A program made the position numbers and the translations under genes. This document shows, piece by piece, positions 9,902 through 20,204 of a stretch of 64,000 bases of DNA. Each line of letters opens with the position of its first letter. The stretch's first letter is position 1. Location: positions 4,544,001-4,608,000 of the forward strand of contig OZ242029.1 of assembly GCA_965205015.1 (NCBI GenBank), given 5' to 3'. Below the pieces are notes generated by a model, which did not search any database, was not told where the DNA came from, and saw only the letters and a list, made by a program, of their open reading frames with translations. The stretch comes from Candidatus Poribacteria bacterium (lineage in GTDB: Bacteria; Poribacteria; WGA-4E; WGA-3G).

Positions 9902-10441
9902 ATGAAATTAGAAACAGCGACGTTTGGAGCAGGGTGTTTTTGGTGTGTGGAGGCAGTCTTTCTGCAATTACAGGGTGTTCACACGGTCGTCTCCGGGTAC
10001 ACCGGCGGCACCACCGTCAATCCAACGTATGAAGCGGTGTGTATGGGAATGACGGGCCACGCCGAAGTGGCTCAGATTCAGTTCGATCCGGACATTATCT
10101 CCTACGAAACGTTATTGGAAGTTTTTTGGCACACACACGATCCTACGACCTTAAATCGGCAAGGGGCTGATGTCGGGACCCAATACCGTTCAGCAATTTT
10201 CTATCACACGGAGGTGCAACAACGGATCGCCGAAAAATCTAAAACTGAGATGGACGCATCCAATATGTGGGATGCCCCGATTGTGACAGAGATCACTCCG
10301 ATTGATGTCTTTTATCCTGCCGAAGATTACCACCAAAACTATTTCCAAGTGAATCCAAACCAGCTGTACTGCCAATTTGTGATTCACCCAAAGATGCAAA
10401 AGTTCACAAAGGATTTTAAGGATAAACTTAAAGATGGTTAA
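9902..10441 (+). CDS. msrA: Peptide-methionine (S)-S-oxide reductase
   Basis: GAGCFWC, TGHAE, HDPTTLNRQGADVGTQYRS, AEDYHQNY. Confidence 0.97.
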   Translation: MKLETATFGAGCFWCVEAVFLQLQGVHTVVSGYTGGTTVNPTYEAVCMGMTGHAEVAQIQFDPDIISYETLLEVFWHTHDPTTLNRQGADVGTQYRSAIFYHTEVQQRIAEKSKTEMDASNMWDAPIVTEITPIDVFYPAEDYHQNYFQVNPNQLYCQFVIHPKMQKFTKDFKDKLKDG

Positions 10442-12071
10442 TAAACACATTTTAAAAGCGTATACTGCAATTTATGCCAAAGTCCGAATGTTAAAGCGGA
10501 CAAATACCCGGCGACACCCACTTCTATTGAGCGTTCTCGCGATTATCTTCTCTTTTAGTGCAGGGAGCGTGAGTGCCCAACAGGCGACATCGCCGATTGC
10601 TGTGCCAGTTACAACAGCGAGACGTGGGACGATTGTTTCCACAAAGCAGTACACCGGGCATTTAGAACCGAATGCTGAGGTGAAGGCGTTTGCCAATGTC
10701 CCCGGGAAGATTGTTGCCCTGAGCGCGACTGTTGGGCAAAGTGTGATGAAGGATGATGTGCTGGCAGAAACGGATTCAAGAGAAGCCGTACTTGCCGTGA
10801 TACGTGCAGAATCGGCATTAAGCAGTGCAAAATCCCGATTTACGTCGACGGAAGCAAATGCCCAAGCGGATGTAGAGTCTCAGTTAGCGGTTGCACAGGA
10901 AACATTGATGACAGCACAATCGAACCTTGTGGAGACACAATCGCTCGCTGAAATGCGTGTCCGTAACCAACTCGTGCAGGCAGAAGCGACGTACCAAGCA
11001 GCCGTGGAGACAATTGAAAAATCGAAAACAAACGCAGAACAAGCCTTGGAACGCGCAAGGGTAGAGCGTGATGACGCTAAAGCAGATTATGATCGAAACA
11101 AATCGCTCCACGAGAAGCAGCACATCAGTGATAGCAATTTTGAATCCGTGGAAAAGCGTTTAAGATTGGCAGAAACCCGTTTAGAGGAAACACAGGTTAC
11201 AGCAAGACAATTTGAGGAGGGCTCAACACATCCGTCCGTTGAGAAGGCAAAGGCAGAATTAGCCGTTGCTCGGAAGCTCATGGAGATCCGCAGCTGGGAA
11301 CGCGAGATCGCTTTGTCAGAATCAAAGGTTACCCAAGCACAAGCCGACCTTAACGCTGCGCAGAAACTGGTGAAAGCCAAGTCTTGGGAGCGAGAAATTG
11401 AAATTGCGAGAGCGGCAGTGAGTCAAGCTGAAGAACAACTCAAAATCGCGCAAGAACAGGTGAGTGCTACAACTCTTAAATCTCCAATTGATGGCGTTAT
11501 TGCCACACGCCACTTGAACATGGGAGATTATGCAGGATCCGCCTCCTCACCTACGGGGGAACCCATATTTACGGTCATCGGCGTTAAAGCCCTCAATGCC
11601 ATTTGGAATATGCCTGTCACCGATGCACGTCGTATTCACAGCGGCGGGCTCGTCCTGATTTCTACGAATGCTGACATTCGGAATATCGTCGGCACGATTG
11701 ATTTTATCAGTCCCACGATCAACCGTGAAGACAATACTGTGCTTGTTCATGCCAACGTCCCGAATTCTGTGGGGACCCTCTCTCACACTGGCGGTCTAAG
11801 ACCGGGTGGCACAATCACAGTTTCCGTCAAAACCGGTGAACGGAAAAATGTGCAACTCCTTCCGTTGCATGCAGTCCTGCATATTCAGAATGGGAGCGGA
11901 ACCATCTTCACCGTTGAAGGGAACACGGCACGCCGGGAACAGGTCAGCGTTGGCGCTGTTTACGGGGGTGAGATAGAAATTACCTCGAAACTTGCGGCAG
12001 GGACATTGGTAATTGTTGATAACCAACATCAGTTACAGGATGGAACACCGGTGTCTATCGTTCGGGATTAG
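10434..12071 (+). CDS. Efflux RND/ABC periplasmic adaptor (MFP) with very long alpha-helical hairpin; start may be 10488
   Basis: Lipoyl halves PGKIV...VGQ.V and LKSPIDGVI, beta-barrel GTIDFISP, C-terminal LQDGTPV. Confidence 0.85.
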   Translation: MVNKHILKAYTAIYAKVRMLKRTNTRRHPLLLSVLAIIFSFSAGSVSAQQATSPIAVPVTTARRGTIVSTKQYTGHLEPNAEVKAFANVPGKIVALSATVGQSVMKDDVLAETDSREAVLAVIRAESALSSAKSRFTSTEANAQADVESQLAVAQETLMTAQSNLVETQSLAEMRVRNQLVQAEATYQAAVETIEKSKTNAEQALERARVERDDAKADYDRNKSLHEKQHISDSNFESVEKRLRLAETRLEETQVTARQFEEGSTHPSVEKAKAELAVARKLMEIRSWEREIALSESKVTQAQADLNAAQKLVKAKSWEREIEIARAAVSQAEEQLKIAQEQVSATTLKSPIDGVIATRHLNMGDYAGSASSPTGEPIFTVIGVKALNAIWNMPVTDARRIHSGGLVLISTNADIRNIVGTIDFISPTINREDNTVLVHANVPNSVGTLSHTGGLRPGGTITVSVKTGERKNVQLLPLHAVLHIQNGSGTIFTVEGNTARREQVSVGAVYGGEIEITSKLAAGTLVIVDNQHQLQDGTPVSIVRD

Positions 12072-12142
12072 TCTTATTCGCTTACGATAGGTTGTCAATT
12101 CTCAACGGGTTGCAGTCCAGTATTATAGGCTTTTGGGTCCGT

Positions 12143-14770
12143 TTAGAGAGATGCCGAGATCGTCCAATAGCCTTCTCCTTCATACTTTGTGCGCCCATGC
12201 TTATCAGAGAGTGTCCCCGATGGGCTCAAGTCTCCCAGAGCATCGCGGCAACGCCTTTTTATAATTTCGTCAGATTCCTTTCCACCACGCTCTCTATACA
12301 CATCAAGGACCTGTTCGTAGATTTCGTCTCTATGGACAGTCTGACCTGTGAATAATTCCTTCAAGAGGTCTCGAATTATCTCCGTAAGAGACCTCACCTT
12401 AGCGTTAGCGCGTGTGGGTTTAGCGGCGGAATCTACCTCGCCATCTTCTTTAGCGATTGTGCTGTCATTTTCAGTCGCTTCTGCGAATTGCTTTGATTGG
12501 ATTCGGAAATTCCAGAAAGCATCTTGGAAAGCACGCAGCATATTTCTTTCATCTTCCATGAAATCATAAGTTGGATTATTTTGATCTCTAATAAGTTGGG
12601 CAATACCCTCTTCAAGTGCCGTAATTCCATATTCCTCCGCGAACTGCAGAGCAAGATTGTATTTGTTCTGGTAATCCTCTTGGTCTTCAAATACTGGAGA
12701 TTCCAGTTCTTCCGCCTCGAATACTGGAGATTCCCAATCTAAGTCTGCAGTGCTCGGTTCGTTAACCGTTTGCAAAGTCGTGTTTGCGGTAGCGAAGTTG
12801 TTGGCGGCGCGCTGTCGTAAAGCATTGAATGCACTCATGCCCCTTTGAGGCCACACATCAGGAGTGGGTGGTGTAATTTCACTCCGTTCTGTTTCTGTTA
12901 TAGGTTGCATGTCGCTGTCTTTTTCAGGGGTTTTGAAATACTTTTTGCGGATGTTGCCTTCGCGTAATATTTGTTCACTGCCTATATTCAGTTTCTCCAA
13001 TATTCTTTCCCAAATTTGATCAATGGAATACTCAAGTTGGAACGTTCGAAACTCCGCCGTTTCTTTTTTCAATTCCTCTCCATTACGATAAATTTCCGAT
13101 TCCTCCAATTCCCTTGGCACAGGTGATAAGAAGGGCGTTATAATACCTTTTCCATCTCGTTCAAGGAAACCTAACTCCTCAAAGATAGCAAGACCTGTCT
13201 CAATGCCCATTTCTACCATATCCAACGCATTATAAACTTCTTCACGCTTAACAAAACCACCGTTTGCTGTTGCGAGTTTTTTCAATTCTCTGTAACCCCC
13301 TCTCAACTCTTCCTCATCTGGATACTTTTGGGCTAACAATTGGTCCAATCCTTCAATGTCTTTTTCATTATTGTAAATGAGATGTAAGTAAGCATTCTTT
13401 TCTGATGTAAAAGCAGGTTGGCATCGTTTGAAAAATTCATCTAAACCAGGAACAATGTGACAAAAAACAAAGTGTTCAAGATAGTGGGCCGATGTCAACA
13501 TGGAAAATGTAGTATTTGAAATAACAGCAATTAATTCTCCCCTTTCAAGTTTTTCCAAAATCTCTGTTTCTTCTGCCTCAGAGGTTTGTTCATCATGCTT
13601 TCCAATAATCTCTGCTTTCTCTGAACCAACGAGTTTCAATAACTGATCAATTTTCTCTTCACTTTGAACATAAATGATAGTCGGTTTTTTCTGTTCCAGC
13701 AGCTCTAAAAGATAGGTGGATTTATTTGTGCCTCGACGGTCGAATATTCGGACAGTAGCGTCAGTGCCGAGAGATGGAAACACCGTTTGATCATCGATTG
13801 CTACTGTGGTTAGTAGATTCCGTGCGACTGTCAGGTATTTCTCAGAAGCATTTTGCTCGACTTGCACCGATGCAAGTTCATTTGATGTGGCAGTGAGGCG
13901 TTCTTCAAAGGTACTCCGTTCGACTTTCACTGATTCTAATTCTTCCGATATGGTTTCGAGATGTTTCTTATGATCAGTTCGCTCTGCTTCTGCTGCTGCC
14001 AGTTTATTTTTCGTATCTTTTAATTCCTTTGACGTAGTTTGGAGGCGTTCTTTATAGTTAGCTTGTGCCGCTTCGGACTTTTCCAAACGTCGCTTTGTGC
14101 CTGTAAGGTTCTTTTTATATTTGTCGGTTTCTGATCTTGCTTCCTTCAATCGTTTTGATGTAGTTTCAATTTTTAGTGCGTTATCAAGCATCTGTTGTGA
14201 CAACTCCTTCTTGTTGTTTTCATATTCCTGTTTTTCTACTTCTACAGTCTCTAAGTGTTTTTCTGCTTCCTTAAGGGACTTCTGATATTTAGCATTTTCT
14301 GCTTCCACTTTCAGGAGGTGTTCCTTTGTGTCATTAGGAAAGAGTTTGTCTCGAATAGCCTTAACTTCACGGTGTTCGTTCGGTTTATTAATTTTACCGA
14401 GTAGTTCGGCGATGAGGAATAGTTGTGTCCGGGTGAACTCAGGATCCAAATCCCACGGTCGATGTGAAGCTCGGTTTCGCCCCTCCACTATCAGGCCTAT
14501 TGCACTCCGAACTTCGTAGTGGCGATCAATAGCTTCAAATTGTTCCTCAAATGAATCGTACCAGTATGTTCTAACAAGATGCGCAATGTCCCTAATTTCT
14601 ATTTTTTCTTCGATGTCATCCTGTGATGACCATCTCAAGGCATCCGTGATTAATTTTTTTGCTGTTGTGCCCTGAACTTTACCTAAACATTTGCTAACAA
14701 ATTGGTACATGGCATCTAAGTATATATCATTTGCTTGACGAAGGGCATCTCGGTTTGGGTATTTCGGCAT
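12143..14770 (-). CDS. Multidomain protein: Swt1-like HEPN, coiled coil, degenerate helicase-C/RecJ C-terminal-like region, C-terminal wHTH
   Basis: RNRASH (RxxxxH); heptad region; DRRG.NK..YL, YPD.EELR..Y, GLAIFEELGF; GGAGG RBS; visibly AT-rich. Confidence 0.65.
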   Translation of the reverse strand: MPKYPNRDALRQANDIYLDAMYQFVSKCLGKVQGTTAKKLITDALRWSSQDDIEEKIEIRDIAHLVRTYWYDSFEEQFEAIDRHYEVRSAIGLIVEGRNRASHRPWDLDPEFTRTQLFLIAELLGKINKPNEHREVKAIRDKLFPNDTKEHLLKVEAENAKYQKSLKEAEKHLETVEVEKQEYENNKKELSQQMLDNALKIETTSKRLKEARSETDKYKKNLTGTKRRLEKSEAAQANYKERLQTTSKELKDTKNKLAAAEAERTDHKKHLETISEELESVKVERSTFEERLTATSNELASVQVEQNASEKYLTVARNLLTTVAIDDQTVFPSLGTDATVRIFDRRGTNKSTYLLELLEQKKPTIIYVQSEEKIDQLLKLVGSEKAEIIGKHDEQTSEAEETEILEKLERGELIAVISNTTFSMLTSAHYLEHFVFCHIVPGLDEFFKRCQPAFTSEKNAYLHLIYNNEKDIEGLDQLLAQKYPDEEELRGGYRELKKLATANGGFVKREEVYNALDMVEMGIETGLAIFEELGFLERDGKGIITPFLSPVPRELEESEIYRNGEELKKETAEFRTFQLEYSIDQIWERILEKLNIGSEQILREGNIRKKYFKTPEKDSDMQPITETERSEITPPTPDVWPQRGMSAFNALRQRAANNFATANTTLQTVNEPSTADLDWESPVFEAEELESPVFEDQEDYQNKYNLALQFAEEYGITALEEGIAQLIRDQNNPTYDFMEDERNMLRAFQDAFWNFRIQSKQFAEATENDSTIAKEDGEVDSAAKPTRANAKVRSLTEIIRDLLKELFTGQTVHRDEIYEQVLDVYRERGGKESDEIIKRRCRDALGDLSPSGTLSDKHGRTKYEGEGYWTISASL

Positions 14771-14806
14771 GCTCAAGTCTACAACCTCCACATGGATATT
14801 TTCCTT

Positions 14807-14835
14807 AGCATACCATTTTGAGGATTGTTTGTCAA
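14807..14835 (-). promoter_or_regulatory. Sigma70-type promoter of HEPN gene
   Basis: TTGACA-17nt-TATGCT with TGn. Confidence 0.55.
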
Positions 14836-14969
14836 TCAGAATGCAAAGGGGCAAAGGCGAAATTATCAGTGGGTGTGCAAATATTTCGATAGTAGGTTGT
14901 CAGAGATAGGATTTTTTAGGATTTCGGAAGGAGGCGACACACGTTAACAGGTTTCGCAAATTTGAGGAT

Positions 14970-15091
14970 ATTTTCATAGTTTTCATAGCAAACCGAAAAA
15001 TCAATAAGTGTTGGAAGAGGCGATAAACCCTGATGGGGATTGGATTTTAGACGTTTTTATCAGGAGTTGCTATGAAAGCTGCTATGAAAAT
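14970..15091. repeat. ~120 bp element bounded by imperfect inverted repeats (MITE-like)
   Basis: attttcatag-ttttcatagcaa ... ttgctatgaaa-gctg-ctatgaaaat. Confidence 0.5.
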
Positions 15092-15105
15092 GTCACACCG
15101 AGGGA

Positions 15106-16233
15106 TTATGTTCTTCCTAACACATACACCCGAATCTGTTCCCATTTCCTTTTGGACCGATGCGTCGCAACCCGCCTTTTAAAGAGCGTATCTTCTTTAA
15201 AGCCAGCGTCAGCGCTGATCGTTTCCAAATTCGCAATCGCCTTCGGTCCTGAGGCGTCCGCATATCCCAACAAAATAACACCATCAGGTTTTAAGAAAGT
15301 GGAGACCTGCGCAAAAAAACGTTTTACCGTCTCCTGTTTCTCATCGTGAATAGCGAGTTCTGCTCGGTTACGCACACGGGCAACAACCCACGGGGCATTG
15401 AAAATAATTACATCGAATCGATGCGAAGGAAACGGATCAAACAGGTCGCCAGCGGTCATGACGTGGACAGTGCCTGAATCAGGGAGAAGGCGTTGAAGAT
15501 TGAGTTTCGTTGTTGCTACCGCTTCAGGGAGTAGATCCGATGCGTATAGTTCAATCTGTTCTCCCAATTCCTGTCGTGCCAACAAGGTTAAACACCCACT
15601 TCCACATCCGATGTCAGCAACCGTAGAGGGACTGGACGCACGAACATGCTGGAGTGCCTCTTGAAAGCACTCGATTGTCTCTTGCGAGCGTGGGGCAAGG
15701 ACGTTTTCAGAAGCGACAAGAGAGGCGTTGAGGGCACGGATAGGATAGGTATCCGCTAACGCGTGTTGAATTTGTTGGATCTTTGTCAGGGATAGAAGGA
15801 ACGGTTTCCCTCGGTTCGCTTCCGCGGGTTCCCCAGCAAGTTCTAAGAGATACGGTAGAACGGGAGCACTTTCAGCCTGTAAAATTCCATCGGCATCTGC
15901 CCAACACATCAGTCTCGCTAAGGCTTCCCTCGACGCATGACTTGCGGACTTCCCGCGCGAATCTCTCCGACCTCGTTTTCTGGTATCACGCTGCGGTTGT
16001 TGAATCAAATCCTGTTTGTGGCGTTGGATGTACTCCATCAGTGTCGTGATCTGTTCCCATTTTCCCTCCACAACAGCAACACCCCCGTGTCGGATGTGGG
16101 TGAAGATGCGATTGAGGTGTCCTAATTCTTGATGCGAGAACAGTTTGGCGCGTGCGCGCGCGAAAACCGCGCCCCGGCACTCAGCAGGGACATAGAGTTC
16201 ACCGATGTTACCAATGGAATAGAAGGATTTCAT
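15106..16233 (-). CDS. Class I SAM methyltransferase, HemK/MTS-like with N-terminal extension
   Basis: ADIGCGSGCL, GDLF, IIFNAPW. Confidence 0.85.
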   Translation of the reverse strand: MKSFYSIGNIGELYVPAECRGAVFARARAKLFSHQELGHLNRIFTHIRHGGVAVVEGKWEQITTLMEYIQRHKQDLIQQPQRDTRKRGRRDSRGKSASHASREALARLMCWADADGILQAESAPVLPYLLELAGEPAEANRGKPFLLSLTKIQQIQHALADTYPIRALNASLVASENVLAPRSQETIECFQEALQHVRASSPSTVADIGCGSGCLTLLARQELGEQIELYASDLLPEAVATTKLNLQRLLPDSGTVHVMTAGDLFDPFPSHRFDVIIFNAPWVVARVRNRAELAIHDEKQETVKRFFAQVSTFLKPDGVILLGYADASGPKAIANLETISADAGFKEDTLFKRRVATHRSKRKWEQIRVYVLGRT

Positions 16234-16266
16234 TTAAAAATAGTAGGCACGCGCCCGTTCATACAC

Positions 16267-17346
16267 CTAAGAGATTGGGACAATCTCGCCCGTTTTGACC
16301 GATTCCGCTTCCTTATAGCAGAGCAGCAACGCATCTCTCGCACCGACACCCGACAGTGCGGACGGTTCCTCTTCCCAGTCAATCGCGTCAACGGCGTATT
16401 GAAGTTCACCCGTGAAGGCATCAATCGGGTCAACCTCTCCTAAATCGACCTGTTCCACTTCACCTTCATCGTTGAGAAGTGTCAGTGGCACTGCAGTAGC
16501 GGCTTCACCGGCTACTGTTGAAAAGTCATAAAGGAGTGTTGCTTTTTCGAGATAGATTTCAAACCCGTGCGAGAAAGCGCGTCCGCGTTGTGAGACGGCT
16601 CCAGACGAACAACTCACAGAGAGTTCCTTATCGTTATAGATGTATTGGGTCGTCAAGTAATCGACATAAGTGCCGCTGGCGAGTTTGCCTTGTGAAAATA
16701 CTGCGTCTGGGACACCACAGAGTAGCTGAATGAAATGGGTATCGTGGATGTGCAAGTCGATGCCGGGACCGCCACTCTTTTCGATGTCGGCAACATCTCG
16801 TGACCAGCTCGGTTTGGAGATAATCCGCTTGAAATGTGCACCGAGGAGTTTACCGTATTTTCCCTCTTCCACTACCCGTTTCGCATAAGCGTATTCAGCG
16901 AAGAAGGGTAGCACATGTGCGACCATCAGGAAACACGGACCTTCATTGGCGGCTTTCCGCGCGGCACCCGTCTTTTCTGCGAGTTCAACGAGTTCATTGG
17001 CATCGTCAATAGAGATAGAAATCGGTTTTTCGACGAGGGTATGTTTTCCCGCTTCAAGGGATGCCATACTCACCGGTTTGTGCAAATGTGTCGGCAGACA
17101 AATATCGACCAATTCTACTTCGTCATCAGCGAGAAGTTCGTCAATCTCACTATATTTTCGGACATCTGAGAGATCCTCCATGCCACCTCGGGGTCCGAAA
17201 TTCCCTTGAATGTCCGTCCAATCGCCAGCGAGTTTCTTTGGATCCCGTGTGCAGATGGCAACCACTTCGGCACCCGTAATTCGCTGAATGGCGTAGTAGT
17301 GAATCATACCCATAAATCCGATACCGACGATTCCGATTTTTGTCAT
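16267..17346 (-). CDS. Gfo/Idh/MocA family oxidoreductase
   Basis: GIVGIGFMG, AGKHTLVEKP, DLHIHD. Confidence 0.92.
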   Translation of the reverse strand: MTKIGIVGIGFMGMIHYYAIQRITGAEVVAICTRDPKKLAGDWTDIQGNFGPRGGMEDLSDVRKYSEIDELLADDEVELVDICLPTHLHKPVSMASLEAGKHTLVEKPISISIDDANELVELAEKTGAARKAANEGPCFLMVAHVLPFFAEYAYAKRVVEEGKYGKLLGAHFKRIISKPSWSRDVADIEKSGGPGIDLHIHDTHFIQLLCGVPDAVFSQGKLASGTYVDYLTTQYIYNDKELSVSCSSGAVSQRGRAFSHGFEIYLEKATLLYDFSTVAGEAATAVPLTLLNDEGEVEQVDLGEVDPIDAFTGELQYAVDAIDWEEEPSALSGVGARDALLLCYKEAESVKTGEIVPIS

Positions 17347-17435
17347 CGCTCAACCCCTATTTATGAAGAAGGCACAGGTATCGATCCGTTTTCAGGGGGA
17401 TGCCTATGCCGTTGAGATTTTACGTGAGACCGCGT

Positions 17436-18227
17436 TTAGTGTGTGATAGTTCTTGACTTAATGCTGCCCCAGGTCGTTGTTGCTTTATCGCGAGGTGAAA
17501 CTGCGAGGAAGCCTTCGTTCATTATTTCTTGGATTTCTGCCTCGCTGAGCGCACGCCGCCACACTGCGGCTTCGTCGATAGAACCGTTTTCAAAGGTATA
17601 ATTCGGACGGTCTTTAGAGCAGCCGATCCGCAAATCCTGATCGTTGGTCCCTTTGAAATCAAACTTTTCGTCTTTCTCGGCGGCGACTTCGCCGTCAACG
17701 TAGACTTTCATGGTTGACCCGTCATAAGTTCCAACGACGTGTTGCCATTTCTTCGTATCCAGGGCATGTGGCTGGTTCAGGGTCGGTCTACTATTGCCCG
17801 TCCCCAAGAACATATTAAAATTCGCCCCGCCTTGGAAAGCCCCGATGCCGTAGGAAGAATGCTCACCGCCGTTATGGCAGTTTTTGTCGAACCACTGCGC
17901 ATCATTTCCCCAAGAGTCCTGATTGATCCAAGCCGCCATCGTGATTTCACCCGTGATTTTCAGTTCATCAGCGGCTGGCACATTGACACAATCCGCGCCT
18001 ACGTTTGTAATGCGAATCGCATCCCCATATTTACCTTTCACAATTTCAGTATTAGCGATGATATCGGCGTCCAGTCCATTGCCGGAATCGTCAACAATCG
18101 TCTTACCGTTGACATTGTCAAATGTGAAATAAACGACGAGTCCTTCCGCGAGATCTGCCGTAGCGTATCCTATCCCTATAAACATCACAGCACTGAGCAA
18201 CACGGCGTAACCAAATAGCTTTTTCAT
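17436..18227 (-). CDS. Secreted LamG-like jellyroll protein with WG-x-IK tail
   Basis: YFTFD, DSGNG, GKYG.A, WQHVVGTYDG...YVDG, GSIDE..VW.RALS. Confidence 0.9.
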   Translation of the reverse strand: MKKLFGYAVLLSAVMFIGIGYATADLAEGLVVYFTFDNVNGKTIVDDSGNGLDADIIANTEIVKGKYGDAIRITNVGADCVNVPAADELKITGEITMAAWINQDSWGNDAQWFDKNCHNGGEHSSYGIGAFQGGANFNMFLGTGNSRPTLNQPHALDTKKWQHVVGTYDGSTMKVYVDGEVAAEKDEKFDFKGTNDQDLRIGCSKDRPNYTFENGSIDEAAVWRRALSEAEIQEIMNEGFLAVSPRDKATTTWGSIKSRTITH

Positions 18228-18371
18228 TCTATGTCTCCTCCTGTGGAGTCTGATTACATCAAAAATGTGAATTTGCTTGTTCGGAAGTAATTAGAGTATA
18301 TCACGAGTCCCGTGAAGAAGGCAATGTGTTTTTGTTTGGCAATGCGGATCGATTCTGTGTTCCCACTACGA

Positions 18372-19199
18372 TTAAAATGCCTCCCGCTTAATATTGCCCC
18401 ACGTCGTAGTGACCTTATCCTTCGGCGAAACCGCGAGTAATGGACCTCGCATCGCAGCTCTGACCTCATCCTCGCTAAGCGCACGACTCCATATCGAGAC
18501 TTCATCAATGGAACCGCCTTCAAACGCGTAGTGTGGTTTATTCTTCACACAACCAATCCGCAAATCCTCTTCATTTGTGCCTTTAAAGTTAATGTTATCA
18601 AATTTGTCTACAGGTCGGAGTATAATTTCTCCGTCAAGATACATTTTTACACCGCTACGCTCACAGACCCCGACAATGTGATGCCATTTTTTATCTTTCA
18701 TTGTCCTATCAACTACCTGAATTTGTTGGGTTGCACCGGTCCCTAATACAATTCCAATACCGGAACCATCCTTGAACCATCCAGCCCCACCAAGATCCTT
18801 CTCATGAAAGACTGCCATACCGTATACACTATGGCGGTCTCTGCCATGACTCCCTTTATCAAGCCACTGCGAAGAATGTCCCTTCCAATTCTCGTGATAC
18901 ACCCATGCCATCATCGTGATCTCCTCACTGATTTCCAATGCCTTCGCTGAGGGGATATTCACGCAATCTTCGGTCTCATGAGTGATGTGGATTGCCTTCC
19001 CGTATTTGCCATCAACAAATTGCGTATTTTCGATAACCTCGGCATCCAAGCCGTTCCCAGATTCATCAACAATCATCTTCCCTTTAACAGTATCGAACGT
19101 AAAGTGAAGGACAAGATCGTCAGTGAGATCCGCTGTCGCATCTCCTACTGACACAAGCACCAGAACAACGCATAAAGGGTAGTAAAATAAACTTCTCAT
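18372..19199 (-). CDS. Secreted LamG-like jellyroll protein with WG-x-IK tail
   Basis: Tandem paralog of 17436-18227 (FKGTNxxDLRIGC). Confidence 0.9.
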   Translation of the reverse strand: MRSLFYYPLCVVLVLVSVGDATADLTDDLVLHFTFDTVKGKMIVDESGNGLDAEVIENTQFVDGKYGKAIHITHETEDCVNIPSAKALEISEEITMMAWVYHENWKGHSSQWLDKGSHGRDRHSVYGMAVFHEKDLGGAGWFKDGSGIGIVLGTGATQQIQVVDRTMKDKKWHHIVGVCERSGVKMYLDGEIILRPVDKFDNINFKGTNEEDLRIGCVKNKPHYAFEGGSIDEVSIWSRALSEDEVRAAMRGPLLAVSPKDKVTTTWGNIKREAF

Positions 19200-19233
19200 T
19201 TTTCACCTTTAGGACTTGTGCATTTCTTTTATT

Positions 19234-19264
19234 GTAGGAGCGAACTGTGCTCGCGATTCCCTAC
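19234..19264 (+). repeat. GTAG-REP (intergenic)
   Basis: gtaggagcgaactgtgctcgcga...ccctac; related copy at 53372-53394. Confidence 0.65.
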
Positions 19265-19315
19265 TGACTCCCAATTAATTCCGTAAAGCCCGATTCTGAC
19301 AACCAACATCCCAGA

Positions 19316-20155
19316 TTACCGGGCTGACTCATTAGAGGCAAGCACGGCGTTCATGAGTTCTTCCCATCTGCCTTCAAATTTCTCACCGAACTCGGTTTCG
19401 CCACCGGTAGCCAGGGGTCCACGGAGCATTGGTTTAGCGGCGTTATTATTTTCCCAAAGCGCCTTCCCGCCGAAGTCGTTGTGGAGGAAATGGAGTGCCA
19501 CGCCAGCGCGTTCTTTATCGGAGAGGTTCGATTTCGTGCAGTGTGCCACGCCGTAGCAGAAGAAGAGTACACCCCCCGCCTTGAGTTCGATGGGGACGGC
19601 GCGTTCTTCGGGCGGATCACACCGGATGTGGTGATCGCTCAGTGGGTCGCGATAGTGTTCGTAACTCTCCCGATGACTACCCGGTATGACGTGCATGCAA
19701 CCGTTCTCAACATTTGCATCATGGATCGCGATCCACATCGCAGTGCCGCGCAACGGGTCTGCGATTTTGAAATAGGCGTTATCTTGATGCCAACTCGTGC
19801 CGATACCGACTTTAGGCGGTTTCCAGAACGCTTGATCCAGTTCCAACATAAATTCATCGCCGATAAGTTGTTGAACGGCGGAAAGGACTTTCGGGTGAAA
19901 GGGTAGAGCTTTGTGTAAGTCGCTACGGTTGTTAAGCGGAATTACTTGAAGATTTTGGCGTTCACCCACATTGTCCCGCTTGGTCCCATCCGCTTGCACC
20001 GCGCAATTGATGCCCGTTCCGTTTTTGAGTTCAGTATCGTAGATCCGTTCTAATTCGAGTCGGAGCGCCTTCGCTTCAACGGGATTGAAAAATCCTTCAA
20101 TGGCAAGATACCCACTGTTTCGGAATTCCGCGAGCTGCTTCTCACTGAGTTGCAT
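19316..20155 (-). CDS. Phytanoyl-CoA dioxygenase family Fe/2OG oxygenase
   Basis: KPP, WHQDNAY, WIAIHDA..ENGC...PGSH, H.T..N.S...R; AAAGGTGG RBS before ATG 20155. Confidence 0.92.
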   Translation of the reverse strand: MQLSEKQLAEFRNSGYLAIEGFFNPVEAKALRLELERIYDTELKNGTGINCAVQADGTKRDNVGERQNLQVIPLNNRSDLHKALPFHPKVLSAVQQLIGDEFMLELDQAFWKPPKVGIGTSWHQDNAYFKIADPLRGTAMWIAIHDANVENGCMHVIPGSHRESYEHYRDPLSDHHIRCDPPEERAVPIELKAGGVLFFCYGVAHCTKSNLSDKERAGVALHFLHNDFGGKALWENNNAAKPMLRGPLATGGETEFGEKFEGRWEELMNAVLASNESAR

Positions 20156-20204
20156 GGTTAAAACCACCTTTCTATGCATGATGGCACGACGTGTGCATCT
20201 TATC

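Noticed and set aside
12685-12736. 30-bp-period duplication (ESPVFE twice) in the HEPN protein
   Set aside because: It is a simple local duplication in a linker; no evidence of function.
15008-15349. 113-aa plus-strand ORF
   Set aside because: It starts within an inverted-repeat element and is antisense to the methyltransferase.
16940-16970. Short insertion AARKAANEGP in the Gfo/Idh/MocA protein as a REP
   Set aside because: There is no GTAG end and no matching copy in the window; too weak to assign.
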